Assembly (NCBI GenBank): GCA_030390025.1
Contig: JASTWF010000034.1
Location: 2,170,001 to 2,234,000 of the forward strand
Direction: 5' to 3'
Length of the DNA: 64,000 bases
Source: Squalus acanthias
Taxonomy: Eukaryota
How positions within the stretch are numbered: the first letter of the stretch is position 1; the number at the start of each line of letters is the position of its first letter. Of this stretch, positions 23,211 through 37,000 are shown in pieces. Below the pieces are notes generated by a model. That model was not told the DNA's origin and did no database searches. It saw only the letters and a list, made by a program, of their open reading frames with translations. The position numbers and the translations under genes were made by a program.

Positions 23211-23418
23211 ACTCTCAATATCTATCCCTGTCTTTCTCTTCCCTCTGCCTCTCTCAGCCTGTCTGTCTCTCTCTGGCTGTCTGTGGCTCTCCCCCTGACT
23301 TTCTGTCTCTCTATTTCTATCTCTCAATCTGCCCACTCTCTTTGTTTCTATTTCTCTCTTTGTGTCTGTCTGACTCTCTCTATGGCCCACTCAATGACCC
23401 CCCCATGTCTCGCTCTAT

Positions 23419-26400
23419 GTCCTGACTGCTCCCTCCCCCCTAGTGTCCTGACTACTCCCCCTCCCCCCCTAATGTCCTGACTACTCCCCCCTCCCCCCTA
23501 GTGTCCTGACTACTCCCCCCCTCCCCCCTAGTGTCCTGACTACTCCCCCTCCCCCCCTAGTGTCCTAACTACTCCCCCCTCCCCCCCTAGTGTCCTGACT
23601 ACTCCACCCTCCCCCCTAGTGTCCTGACTACTCCACCCTCCCCCCTAGTGTCCTGACAACTCCCCCTCCCACCCTAGTGTCCTGACTACACCCCCCTCCC
23701 CCCTAGTGTCCTGACTACTCCCCCTCCCCCCCTGGTGTCCTGACTACTCCCCCTCCCCCCTAGTGTCCTGACAACTCCCCCCCTCCCCCCTAGTGTCCTG
23801 ACTACTCCCCCTCCCCCCCTAGTGTCCTGACTACTCCCCCTCCCCCCTAGTGTCCTGACTACTCCCCCTCCCCCCTAGTGTCCTGACTACTCCCCCTCCC
23901 CCCTAGTGTCCTGACTACTCCCCCTCCCCCCTAGTGTCCTGACTACTCCCCCTCCCCCCTAGTGTCCTGACTACTCCCCCTCCCCCTAGTGTCCTGACTA
24001 CTCCCCCTCCCCCCTAGTGTCCTGACTACTCCCCCTCCCCCCTAGTGTCCTGACTACTCCCCCTCCCCCCTAGTGTCCTGACTACTCCCCCCTCCCCCCT
24101 AGTGTCCTGACTACTCCCCCCTCCCCCCTAGTGTCCTGACTACTCCCCCTCCCCCCTAGTGTCCTGACTACTCCCCCTCCCCCCTAGTGTCCTGACTACT
24201 CCCCCTCCCCCCTAGTGTCCTGACTACTCCCCCTCCCCCCTAGTGTCCTGACTACTCCCCCTCCCCCCTAGTGTCCTGACTACTCCCCCTCCCCCCTAGT
24301 GTCCTGACTACTCCCCCTCCCCCCTAGTGTCCTGACTACTCCCCCCTCCCCCCTAGTGTCCTGACTACTCCCCCCTCCCCCCTAGTGTCCTGACTACTCC
24401 CCCTCCCCCCTAGTGTCCTGACTACTCCCCCTCCCCCCTAGTGTCCTGACTACTCCCCCTCCCCCCTAGTGTCCTGACTACTCCCCCCTCCCCCCTAGTG
24501 TCCTGACTACTCCCCCTCCCCCCTAGTGTCCTGACTACTCCCCCTCCCCCCTAGTGTCCTGACTACTCCCCCTCCCCCCTAGTGTCCTGACTACTCCCCC
24601 TCCCCCCTAGTGTCCTGACTACTCCCCCTCCCCCCTAGTGTCCTGACTACTCCCCCTCCCCCCTAGTGTCCTGACTACTCCCCCTCCCCCCTAGTGTCCT
24701 GACTACTCCCCCTCCCCCTAGTGTCCTGACTACTCCCCCCTCCCCCCTAGTGTCCTGACTACTCCCCCTCCCCCCTAGTGTCCTGACTACTCCCCCTCCC
24801 CCCTAGTGTCCTGACTACTCCCCCTCCCCCCTAGTGTCCTGACTACTCCCCCTCCCCCCTAGTGTCCTGACTACTCCCCCTCCCCCCTAGTGTCCTGACT
24901 ACTCCCCCTCCCCCCTAGTGTCCTGACTACTCCCCCCTCCCCCCTAGTGTCCTGACTACTCCCCCCTCCCCCCTAGTGTCCTGACTACTCCCCCTCCCCC
25001 CTAGTGTCCTGACTACTCCCCCTCCCCCCTAGTGTCCTGACTACTCCCCCTCCCCCCTAGTGTCCTGACTACTCCCCCTCCCCCCTAGTGTCCTGACTAC
25101 TCCCCCTCCCCCCTAGTGTCCTGACTACTCCCCCTCCCCCCTAGTGTCCTGACTACTCCCCCTCCCCCCTAGTGTCCTGACTACTCCCCCTCCCCCCTAG
25201 TGTCCTGACTACTCCCCCTCCCCCCTAGTGTCCTGACTACTCCCCCCTCCCCCCTAGTGTCCTGACTACTCCCCCCTCCCCCCTAGTGTCCTGACTACTC
25301 CCCCTCCCCCCCTAGTGTCCTGACTACTCCCCCTCCCCCCTAGTGTCCTGACTACTCCCCCCTCCCCCCTAGTGTCCTGACTACTCCCCCCTCCCCCCTA
25401 GTGTCCTGACTACTCCCCCCTCCCCCCTAGTGTCCTGACTACTCCCCCTCCCCCCTAGTGTCCTGACTACTCCCCCTCCCCCCTAGTGTCCTGACTACTC
25501 CCCCTCCCCCCCTAGTGTCCTGACTACTCCCCCTCCCCCTAGTGTCCTGACTACTCCCCCTCCCCCCTAGTGTCCTGACTACTCCCCCTCCCCCCTAGTG
25601 TCCTGACTACTCCCCCCTCCCCCCTAGTGTCCTGACTACTCCCCCTCCCCCCTAGTGTCCTGACTACTCCCCCTCCCCCTAGTGTCCTGACTACTCCCCC
25701 CTCCCCCCTAGTGTCCTGACTACTCCCCCTCCCCCCTAGTGTCCTGACTACTCCCCCCTCCCCCCTAGTGTCCTGACTACTCCCCCTCCCCCCTAGTGTC
25801 CTGACTACTCCCCCTCCCCCCTAGTGTCCTGACTACTCCCCCTCCCCCCCTAGTGTCCTGACTACTCCCCCTCCCCCCTAGTGTCCTGACTACTCCCCCT
25901 CCCCCCTAGTGTCCTGACTACTCCCCCTCCCCCCTAGTGTCCTGACTACTCCCCCTCCCCCCTAGTGTCCTGACTACTCCCCCTCCCCCCTAGTGTCCTG
26001 ACTACTCCCCCTCCCCCCTAGTGTCCTGACTACTCCCCCCTCCCCCCTAGTGTCCTGACTACTCCCCCTCCCCCCTAGTGTCCTGACTACTCCCCCCTCC
26101 CCCCTAGTGTCCTGACTACTCCCCCTCCCCCCTAGTGTCCTGACTACTCCCCCTCCCCCCTAGTGTCCTGACTACTCCCCCTCCCCCCTAGTGTCCTGAC
26201 TACTCCCCCCTCCCCCCTAGTGTCCTGACTACTCCCCCCTCCCCCCTAGTGTCCTGACTACTCCCCCTCCCCCTAGTGTCCTGACTACTCCCCCCTCCCC
26301 CCTAGTGTCCTGACTACTCCCCCCTCCCCCCTAGTGTCCTGACTACTCCCCCTCCCCCCTAGTGTCCTGACTACTCCCCCCTCCCCCCTAGTGTCCTGAC

Positions 26401-26905
26401 TACTCCCCCTCCCCCCTAGTGTCCTGACTACTCCCCCTCCCCCCTAGTGTCGTGACTACTCCCCCCTACCCCCCTAGTGTCCTGACTACTCCCCCTCCCC
26501 CCTAGTGTCCTGACTACACCCCTCCCCCCTAGTGTCCTGACTACTCCCCCCTCCCCCCTAGTGTCCTGACTACTCCACCCTCCCCCCTAGTGTCCTGACT
26601 ACTCCCCCTCCCCCCTAGTGTCCTGACTACTCCCCCTCCCCCACTAGTGTCCTGACTACTCCCCCTCCCCCCTAGTGTCCTGACTACTCACGCTCCCCCC
26701 TAGTGTCCTGACTACTCCCGCTCCCCCCTAGTGTCCTGACTGCTCCCCCCTCCCCCCTAGTGTCCTGACTACTCCCCCTCCCCCCTAGTGTCCTGACTAC
26801 TCCCCCTCCCCCCTAGTGTCCTGACTACTCCCCCTCCCCCCTAGTGTCCTGACTACTCCCCCTCCCCCCTAGTGTCCTGACTACTCCCCCTCCCCCCTAG
26901 TGTCC
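23419..26905. repeat. 28-29-bp satellite, C-rich on +, ~120 copies
   Basis: Unit TAGTGTCCTGACTACTCCCCCTCCCCCC. Confidence 0.97.
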
Positions 26906-27405
26906 NNNNNNNNNNNNNNNNNNNNNNNNNNNNNNNNNNNNNNNNNNNNNNNNNNNNNNNNNNNNNNNNNNNNNNNNNNNNNNNNNNNNNNNNNNNNNNN
27001 NNNNNNNNNNNNNNNNNNNNNNNNNNNNNNNNNNNNNNNNNNNNNNNNNNNNNNNNNNNNNNNNNNNNNNNNNNNNNNNNNNNNNNNNNNNNNNNNNNNN
27101 NNNNNNNNNNNNNNNNNNNNNNNNNNNNNNNNNNNNNNNNNNNNNNNNNNNNNNNNNNNNNNNNNNNNNNNNNNNNNNNNNNNNNNNNNNNNNNNNNNNN
27201 NNNNNNNNNNNNNNNNNNNNNNNNNNNNNNNNNNNNNNNNNNNNNNNNNNNNNNNNNNNNNNNNNNNNNNNNNNNNNNNNNNNNNNNNNNNNNNNNNNNN
27301 NNNNNNNNNNNNNNNNNNNNNNNNNNNNNNNNNNNNNNNNNNNNNNNNNNNNNNNNNNNNNNNNNNNNNNNNNNNNNNNNNNNNNNNNNNNNNNNNNNNN
27401 NNNNN
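26906..27405. other. Assembly gap (500 N)
   Basis: Exactly 500 N, typical of a fixed-size scaffolding gap. Confidence 0.99.
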
Positions 27406-30400
27406 GGGAGTAGTCAGGACACTAGGGGGGAGGGGGAGTAGTCAGGACACTAGGGGGGAGGGGGAGTAGTCAGGACACTAGGGGGAGGGGAGTAGTCAGG
27501 ACACTAGGGGGAGGGGGAGTAGTCAGGACACTAGGGGGGAGGGGGAGTAGTCAGGACACTAGGGGGGAGGGGGAGTAGTCAGGACACTAGGGGGGAGGGG
27601 GAGTAGTCAGGACACTAGGGGGGAGGGGGAGTAGTCAGGACACTAGGGGGGAGGGGGAGTAGTCAGGACACTAGGGGGAGGGGGAGTAGTCAGGACACTA
27701 GGGGGGAGGGGGAGTAGTCAGGACACTAGGGGGGAGGGGGAGTAGTCAGGACACTAGGGGGGAGGGGGAAGTAGTCAGGACACTAGGGGGAGGGGGAAGT
27801 AGTCAGGACACTAGGGGGGAGGGGGGAGTAGTCAGGACACTCGTGGGGGAGGGGGAGTAGTCAGGACACTGGGGGGAGGGGGGATTAGTCAGGACACTAG
27901 GGGGGGAGGGGGAGTAGTCAGGACACTAGGGGGGAGGGGGAGTAGTCAGGAATCTAGGGGGGAGTGAGGAGTAGTCCGGACAATAGGGGGTAGGGAGGAG
28001 TAGTCAGGACACTAGGTGGGACGGGGGAGTATTCAGGACACTGGGGGGGAGTGGGGAGTAGTCAGGACACTAGCGGGGGAGGGGGAGTAGTCAGGACACT
28101 AGGGGGGAGAGGGGATTAGTCATGACACTAGGATGGGAGGGGGGAGCAGTCAGGACACAAGTGGGGAGGGGGAGAAATCAGGACACTAGGGGGAAGGGGG
28201 GAGTAGTCAGGACACTAGGGGGGAGGGGGGAGTAGTCAGGACACTAGGGGGGAGGGGGGAGTAGTCAGGACACTAGGGGGGAGGGGGAGTAGTCAGGACA
28301 CTAGGGGGGAGGGGGAGTAGTCAGGACACTAGGGCGAGGGGGCAGTAGTCAGGACACTAGGGGGGAGGGGGAGTAGTCAGGACACTAGGGGGGAGGGGGG
28401 AGTAGTAGGACACTATGGGGGGGAGGGGGAGTAGTCAGGACACTAGGGGGGAGGGGGAGTAGTCAGGACACTAGGGGGGGAGGGGGAGTAGTCAGGACAC
28501 TGGGGGAGGGGGAGTAGTCAGGAAACTAGGGGGCGAGAGGGGAGTAGTCAGGACACTAGGGGGGGGAGGGGGAGTAGTCAGGACACTAGGGGGAAGGGGG
28601 AGTAGTCAGGACACTACGGGGGGAGGGGGAGTAGTCAGGACACTAGGGGGGAGGGGGAGTAGTCAGGACACTAGGGGGGAGGGGGAGTAGTCAGGACACT
28701 AGGGGGGGGAGGGGGAGTAGTCAGGACACTAGGGGGGAGGGGGGAGTAGTCAGGACACTAGGGGGGAGGGGGAGTAGTCAGGACACTAGGTGGCGAGGGT
28801 GGAGTAGTCAGGACACTAGGGGGGAGTGGGGAGTAGTCAGGACACTATGGGGGGGGAGAGGTGAGTAGTCAGGACACTAGGGTGGAGGGGGAGTAGTCAG
28901 GACACTCGGGGGGAAGGGGGAGTAGTCAGTACACTAGGGAGGAGGGGGGAGTAGACAGGACACTAAGGGGGGAGGGGGAGTAGTCAGGGCACTAGGGGGT
29001 GAGGAGGGAGTAGTCAGCACACTAGGGTGGAGGGCGGAGTAGTCAGGACACTTGGGGGGGAGTAGTTTGGACACTAGGGGGGAGGGGGTGTAGTCAGGAC
29101 ACTAGGTGGGAGTGGGGAGTAGTCAGGACTCTAGGGGGGGAGGGGGGAGTAGTCAGGACACTAGGGGGAGGGGGAGTAGTCAGGACACTAGGGGGGGAGT
29201 GGGGAGTAGTCAGGACACTAGGGGGGAGGGGGGAGTAATCAGGAGACTAGGGGGCGGGAGGGGGGAGTAGTCAGGACACTAGGGGGGAGGGGGGAGTAGT
29301 CAGGACACTAGGGGGGAGGGGGAGTAGTCAGGACACTAGGGGGGTGGGGGAGTAGTCAGGACACTAGAGGGGAGGGGGAGTAGTCAGGACACTAGTTGGG
29401 AGGGGGGAGTAGTCAGGACCCGAGGGGGGAGGGGGAGTAGTGAGGACACTAGGGGGGAGGGGGGAGTAGTCAGGACACTAGGATGGAGGGGGAGTAGTCA
29501 GGACACTAGGGGGGAGGGGGAGTAGTGAGGACACTAGGGGAAGGGGGAGAAGTCAGGACACTAGTGGGGGAGAGTAGTAAGGACACCAGGGGGGAGGGGG
29601 GAGTAGTCAGGACACTAGGGGGGGAAGGGGAGTAGTCAGGACACTACGGGGGAGGAGAAGTAGTCAGGACACGAGCGGGGAGGGGGAGTATCAGGACACT
29701 AGGGGTGGAGGGGGAGTAGTCAGGACACTAGGGGGGAGGGGTAGTAGTCAGGACACTAGGGGGGAGGGGGAGTATTCAGGACACTAGGTGGGAGGGGGAG
29801 TAGTCAGGACACTAGGGGGGAGGTGGAGTAGTCAGGACACTAGGGGGGGAGGGGGGAGTAGTCAGGACTTTAGGGGGGAGGGGGAGTAGTCAGGACACTA
29901 GCGGGGAGGGGGGAGTAGTCAGGACACTAGGGGGAAGGGGGGAGTAGTCAGGACAGTAGGGGGGGAGGGGGGAGTAGTCAGGACACTAGAGGGGGAGGGG
30001 GGAGTAGTCAGGACACTTGGGGGGAGGGGGGTGTAGTCAGGACACTAGGGGGAGGGGGAGTAGTCAGGACACTAGTGGGTGGGTGAGTAGTCAGGACACT
30101 AGGGGGGAGGGGGAGTAGTCAGGACACTAGGTGGGAGGGGGAGTAGTCAGGACACTAGTGCGGGAGGGGTGAGCAGTCAGGACACTAGGGGGGGAGGGGG
30201 GAGTAGTCAGGACACTAGGGGGGGATGGGGAGTAGTCAGGACACTGGGTGGAGGGGGCGTAGTCAGGACACTAGGGGGGAGGGTGGAGTAGTCAGTACTC
30301 TAGGGGGGGGAGGGGGAATAGTCAGGACACTAGGGGGGGAGGGGAAGTTGTCAGGACACTAGGGGGGGAGGGGGAGTAGTCAGGACACTAGGGGGGGAGG

Positions 30401-31589
30401 GCGTGTAGTCAGGACACTAGGGGGGAGGGGGACAGTAGTCAGGACACTAGGGGGGAGGGGGGAGTAGTCAGGACACTAGGGGGGAGGGGGAGTAGTCAGG
30501 ACACTAGGGGAGAGTAGTCAGGACACTAGGGGGGAGGGGGAGTAGTCAGGACACTAGGGGGGTGGGGGAGTAGTCAGGACTCTAGGGGGGAGGGGGGAGT
30601 AGTCACGACACTAGGGGGGAGGGGGAGTAGTCAGGACACTAGGGGGGAGGGGGGTGTAGTCAGCACACTGGGGGGAGGGGGAGTTGTCAGGACACTAGGG
30701 GGGACGGGGGAGTAGTCAGGACACTAGCGGGGAGGGGAGAGTAGTCAGGACACTAGGGGGGTGGGGGAGTAGTCAGGACACTAGCGGGGAGGGGGGAGTA
30801 GTCAGGACACTAGGGGGGAGGGGGAGTAGTCAGGACACTAGGGGGGAGTGGGGAGTAGTCAGGACACTAGGGGGGGAGGGGGAGAAGTCAGGACACTAGG
30901 GGGGAGGGGGAGTAGTCAGGACACAAAGGGGGGGAGGGGGGAGTAGTCAGGACACTAGGGGGGAGGGGGAGTAGTCCGGACACTAGGGGGGAGGGGGAGT
31001 ATTCAGGACACTAGGGGAGAGGGGGAGTAGTCAGGACACTAGGGGGGAGGGGGAGTAGTCAGGACACTAGGGGGGAGGGGGGGAGTAGTCAGGACACTAG
31101 AGGGGGTGGGGGAGTAGTCAGGACACTAGGGGGGAGGGGGAGTAGTCAGGACACTAGGGGGGAGGGGGGAGTAGTCAGGACACTAGGGGGGGGAGGGGGA
31201 GTAGTCAGGACACTAGGGGGGGAGGGGCAGTAGTCAGGACACTAGCGGGGAGGGGGGAGTAGTCAGGACACTAGGGAGGGAGGGGGAGTAGTCAGGACAC
31301 TAGGGGGGAGGGGGGAGTAGTCAGGACACTAGGGGGGGGAGGAGGAGTAGTCAGGACACTAGGGGGGGAGGGGGAGTAGTCAGGACACTAGCGGGGAGGG
31401 GGGAGTAGTCAGGACACTAGGGAGGGAGGGGGAGTAGTCAGGACACTAGGGGGGAGGGGGAGTAGTCAGGACACTAGGGGGAGGGGGAGTAGTCAGGACA
31501 CTAGGGGGGAGGGGGGAGTAGTCAGGACACTCGGGGGGGAGGGGGGAGGGTGGAGTAGTCAGGACACTAGGGGGGAGGGGGAGTAGTCA
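27406..31589. repeat. Same 28-29-bp satellite in the opposite orientation (G-rich on +), more variable
   Basis: Unit GGGGGGAGGGGGAGTAGTCAGGACACTA is the reverse complement of the left array unit. Confidence 0.97.
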
Positions 31590-31795
31590 TTAACATCAGT
31601 AGAGATGCAGTCAGTAACACGGCGCTGGGGAATGGGGTTACTGAGTGACAGTGTGAGGCAGCTGAATTAACATCAGTCGAGAAACGGTCAGAAACACAGA
31701 GTTTCTGAGGCACTCACACAAGGGCCGTACAGTCTCAGAAGGGATTGACCGTTCCCCTTTTACCTGCTGCGTACTGCACTCCGTTTTAGGATGTC

Positions 31796-33561
31796 GACAC
31801 ACACAGACACACACACAGACACAGACAGACACACACACAGACAGACACACACACAGACAGACACAGACACACACAGACACACACAGAGACAGACACAGAC
31901 ACACACACAGACAGACACACAGACAGAAACACACACAAACACACACAGACAGACACACACAGACACACACACAGACACAAAGACAGACACACAGACACAC
32001 ACACAGACACACAGACAGACACAGACAGACACACAGACACACAGACAGACAGACACAGACACACACACACACACACACACAGACACACAGACAGACACAC
32101 ATACACACACACACACACACACAGACACACGCACACAAACACACACACAAACACACACACACACAGATAGACACACAGACACACACACACAAACACACAC
32201 ACACAAACACACACACACACAGACTGACACAGACCGACAGACAGACACACACACACACACACACACATACACAGACACACACACACAGACACACAGACAC
32301 ACACACACACAGACACACACACACAGACAGACACACAGACAGACACACAGACAGACACACAGACAGACACACACAGACACACACACAGACACAGACACAG
32401 ACACACAGACTCAGACACAGACACACACACACACACACATACACACAGACAGACATACACAGACAGACACACAGACAGACACACACAGACACACACACAG
32501 ACACAGACACACACACACACATACACACAGACACACATACACAGACAGACACACAGAGAGACACAGACACCCCCACAGACACACACACACACACAGACAC
32601 AGACACAGACAGACACACACACAGACACACACACACAGACAGGCACACACACACAGACAGGCACACACACACACTCAGACACACACACACACACAGACAG
32701 GCACACACACAGACAGGCACACACACAGACACAGACACACACACACAGCCACACACACACAGCCACACACACACAGCCACACACACACAGACACACACAC
32801 ACAGACACACAGACACAGACACACAGACACACAGACACAGACACACACACACAGCCACACACACACAGCCACACACACACACACACAGACACACAGACAC
32901 AGACACACAGACACACAGACACAGACACACAGACACAGACACACACACACAGACACAGACACACAGACACAGACACAGACAGACACACAGACACAGACAC
33001 ACACAAACACAGACACACACACAGACACACACAGACACACAGACACACAGACAGACACTCAGACAGACACACACACACACACACACAGAGACACACAGAC
33101 ACACACACAGACACACACAGACACACAGACACACACACAGACACACACACACACACAGACAGACACACACACACACACACAGACAGACAGACACACACAC
33201 AGACACACACAGACACAGACACAGACACACAGACACACAGACACAGACAGACACACAGACACAGACACACACACACACAGACACACAAACACAGACACAC
33301 ACACAGACACACAGACACACAGACACAGACACACAGACAGACACAGACACACAGACAGACACAGACACACACACACACACACAGACACAGACACACACAC
33401 AGACACACACAGAGACACAGACACACACAGAGACACAGACACAGACAGACAGACACACACACACACAGACAGACACACACACACACACACAGACACAGAC
33501 ACACAGACAGACACACATACACACACAGACACAGACACACACACACAGACACACACACAGA
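31796..33561. repeat. Compound (CA)n/(CAGA)n microsatellite
   Basis: ~1.8 kb of ACACAC/ACAGAC. Confidence 0.97.
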
Positions 33562-34097
33562 CGCGCGATTACAAAATAAGGGCAAATGTTGCACAGACCC
33601 TCCTGCGAACAGGTGCAAGATTAAGTCACCTCGCCACATCCTCGCCCTCCGGATCCGATAGCGAACAACCTGGTTGTGAAGGGAGCCACTGGCGAGAGGC
33701 TGTGTACCTGGGGAAGAGATTGGCTCACAGCATTCATTCAGTAATCTCGCTCCTTACACATGAACCGTCGCTCCCTCCTCATGGTCTGGCATCCGCCTGC
33801 AATCCTCACTGTGCGACAGCTCCTATTACTTCCCCTCCCCACCAACAACACTTCCACTACTCTTAAAGGGGCCACGCCACTCCCTCCCTCCCCAATGACA
33901 CAACCCACTCCACTGGCCGCTTCTCGAAAGAGCTTTGATTATCCCTCTGCTGGTTTATTTAAAAAGTCTCCCTTGTGAGCTGCTGTTTGTTTTCTTTCGA
34001 GCGGGGGTTGCTGGGGAGAGTTAAGAAATAAGGATCCGAGAACTGAAATTGCCCAGCAGTCTGAAAATGAATCAGGCCACATCTCTGCATGCCTGTG

Positions 34098-37000
34098 TCA
34101 GGAGTCCCCGATTTGAGGATTCCCACAGTTTGGGGAGGTGTGGAGTCCCACAGTTTGGGGAGGTGAGGAGTCCCACAGTTTGGGGAGATGAGGAGTCTCA
34201 CAGTTTGGGGGTGAGGAGTCCCCACAATTTGGGGAGGTGAGGAGTCCCACAGTTTGGGATGGTGAGGAGTCCCCACAATTTGGGGAGGTGAGGAATCCCC
34301 ACAGTTTGGGGAGGTGAGGAGTCCCACAGTTTGGGGAGGTGAGGAGTCCCCACTGATTGTGGAGGTGAGGAGTCCCACAATTTGGGGAGGTGAGGAGTCC
34401 CACAGTTTGGGGAGGTGAGGAGTCCCACAGTTGGGGGAGGGGATGAGTCCCACAGTTTGGGGAGGTGAGGAGTCCCACAGTTTGGGAGGTGAGAAGTCCC
34501 CACAGTTTTGGGAGGTGAGGATTCCCCACAGTTTGGGGAGGTGAGGATTCCCACAGTTTGGGGAAATGTGGAGGCCCACAATTTGGGAGGTGAGGAGTCC
34601 CACAGTTTGGGGAGGTGAGGAGTCTCGCAGTTTGGGGAGGTGAGGAGTCCCACAGTCTGGGGAGGTGAGGAGTCCCCACAGTTTGGGGAGGTGAGGAGTC
34701 TCACAGTTTGGGGAGGTGAGGAACTCACAGTTTGGGCGGTGAGGAGTCCCCATAGTTTGGGCAGGTGAGGAGACCCACAGTTTGGGAGGTGTGGAGTCCC
34801 CACAGTTTGGGGAGGTGAGGAGTCTCACAGTATGGGGAGGTGAGGAGTCCCACAGTTTGGGGAGGTGAGGAGTTTCACAGTGTGGGGAGGTGAGGAGTCC
34901 CACAGTTTGGGAGGTGAGTCCCCACAGTTTGGGGAGGTGAGGAGTCCCACAGTTTGGGACGGTGAGGAGTCCCACAGTTTGGGGAGGGGAGGTGTCCCAC
35001 AGTTTGGGGAGGTGAGGAGTCCCACAGTTTGGGGAGGGGAGGAGTCCCACAGTTTGGGGTGGTGAGGAGTCCCACAGTTTGGGGAGGTGAGGAGTCCCAC
35101 AGTTTGGGAGGTGTGGAGTCCCACAGTGTGGGGAGGTGAGGAGTCCCACAGTTTGGGGAGGTGAGGAGTCCCACAGTTTGGGGAGATGAGGAGTCTCACA
35201 GTTTGGGGGTGAGGAGTCCCCACAATTTGGGGAGGTGAGGAGTCCCACAGTTTGGGACGGTGAGGAGTCCCCACAATTTGGGGAGGTGAGGAGTCCCCAC
35301 AGTTTGGGGAGGTGAGGAGTCCCACAGTTTGGGGAGGTGAGGAGTCCCACAGTTTGGGGAGGTGAGGAGTCCCACAGTTTGGGGAGGTGAGGAGTCCCAC
35401 AGTTTGGGGAGGGTGAGGAGTCCCACAGTTTGGGGAGGTGAGGAGTCCCCACAGTTTGGGAGGTGAGGAGTCCCACAGTTTGGGGAGTGAGGAGTCCCAC
35501 AGTTTGGGAGGTGAGGAGTCCCACAGTTTGGGAGGTGAGGAGTCCCACAGTTTGGGAGGTGAGGAGTCCCACAGTTTGGGGAGGTGAGGAGTCCCACAGT
35601 TTGGGGAGTTGAGGAGTCCCACAGTTTGGGGAGGTGAGGAGTCCCACAGTTTGGGGAGGTGAGGAGTCTCACTGTTTGGGAGGTGAGGAGTCCCACAGTT
35701 TGGGGAAATGTGTTGGCCCACAGTTTGGGAGGTGAGGAGTCCCACAGTTTGGGGAGGTGAGGAGTCCCACAGTTTGTGGAGGTGAGGAGTCTCACAGTGT
35801 GGGGAGGTGCGGAGTCCCACAGTTTGGGGAGATGAGGAATTCCACAGTTTGGGGAGGTGAGGAGTCCCACAGTTTGGGGAGGTGAGGAGTCCCACAGTTT
35901 GGTGAGGTGAGGAGTCCCACAGTTTGGGGAGGTGAGGAGTCCCACAGTTTGGGGAGGTGTGGAGTCCCACGGTTTGGGGAGGTGCGGAGTCCCACAGTTT
36001 GGGGCGGTGAGGAGTCCCACAGTTTGGGAGGTGAGGATTCCCACAGTTTCGGGAGGTGAGGAATCCCACAGTTTGGGGAGGTGAGGAATCCCACAGTTTG
36101 GGGAAATGTGCTGGCCCACAGTTTGGGAGGTGAGGATTCCCACAGTTTGGGGAGGTGATGAATCCCACAGTTTGGGGAGGTGAGGAGTCCCACAGTTTGG
36201 GGAGGTGAGGAGTCCCACAGTTTGGGGAGGTGAGGAGTCCCACAGTTTGGGGAGGTGAGGAGTCTCACAGTTTGGGGGTGAGGAGTCCCCACAATTTGGG
36301 GAGGTGAGGAGTCCCACAGTTTGGGGAGGTGAGGGCTCTCACAGTTTGGGGAGGTGAGGAGTCCCACAGTTAGGGGAGGTGAGGAGTCTCACAGTTTGGG
36401 GAGGTGAGGAGTCTCACAGTTTGGGGATGTGAGGAGTCCCACAGTCTGGGGAGGTGAGGAGTCCCCACAGTTTGGGGAGGTGAGGAGTCCCCACAGTTTG
36501 GGGAGGTGAGGAGTCTCACAGTTTGTGGGTGAGGAGTCCCCACAATTTGGGGAGGTGAGGAGTCCCCACAGTTTGGGGAGGTGAGGAGTCCCACAGTTTG
36601 GGGAGGTGATGAGTCCCACAGTTTGGGGAGTTGAGGAGTCTCACAGTTTGTGAAGGTGAGGAATCTCACAGTGTGGGGAGGTGAGGAGTCCCACAGTTTG
36701 GGAGGTGAGTCCCCACAGTTTGGGGAGGTGAGGAGTCCCACAGTTTGGGGGTGAGGAGTCCCCACAGTTTGGGGAGGTGAGGAGTCTCACAGTTTGGGGG
36801 TGAGGAGTCCCCACAATTTGGGGAGGTGAGGAGTCCCACAGTTAGGGGAGGTGAGGAGTCTCAGAGTTTGGGGAGGTGAGGAGTCTCCACAGTTTGGGGA
36901 GGTGAGGAGTCCCCACAGTTTGGGGAGGTGAGGAGTCTCACAGTTTGTGGGTGAGGAGTCCCCACAATTTGGGGAAGTGAGGAGTCCCCACAGTTTGGGG

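Larger units (their letters stand above)
15380..23420. repeat. Left arm of ~8 kb inverted segmental duplication (partner 55199-62966)
   Basis: Same ordered mosaic of LINE fragments and GPR139-like exon in reverse complement; paired ORFs include 22215-23114(+)/55504-56403(-) and 15896-16240(+)/62105-62449(-). Confidence 0.95.

Noticed and set aside
26900..27469. 189-aa ORF
   Set aside because: Artefact of the N gap.
23419..31589. Telomere fusion site
   Set aside because: Unit is not TTAGGG-based and the inversion point is hidden in a gap.
31638..33866. 600-690 aa Cys/Val- or Thr/His-rich ORFs
   Set aside because: Translations of a (CA)n microsatellite that lacks stop codons.
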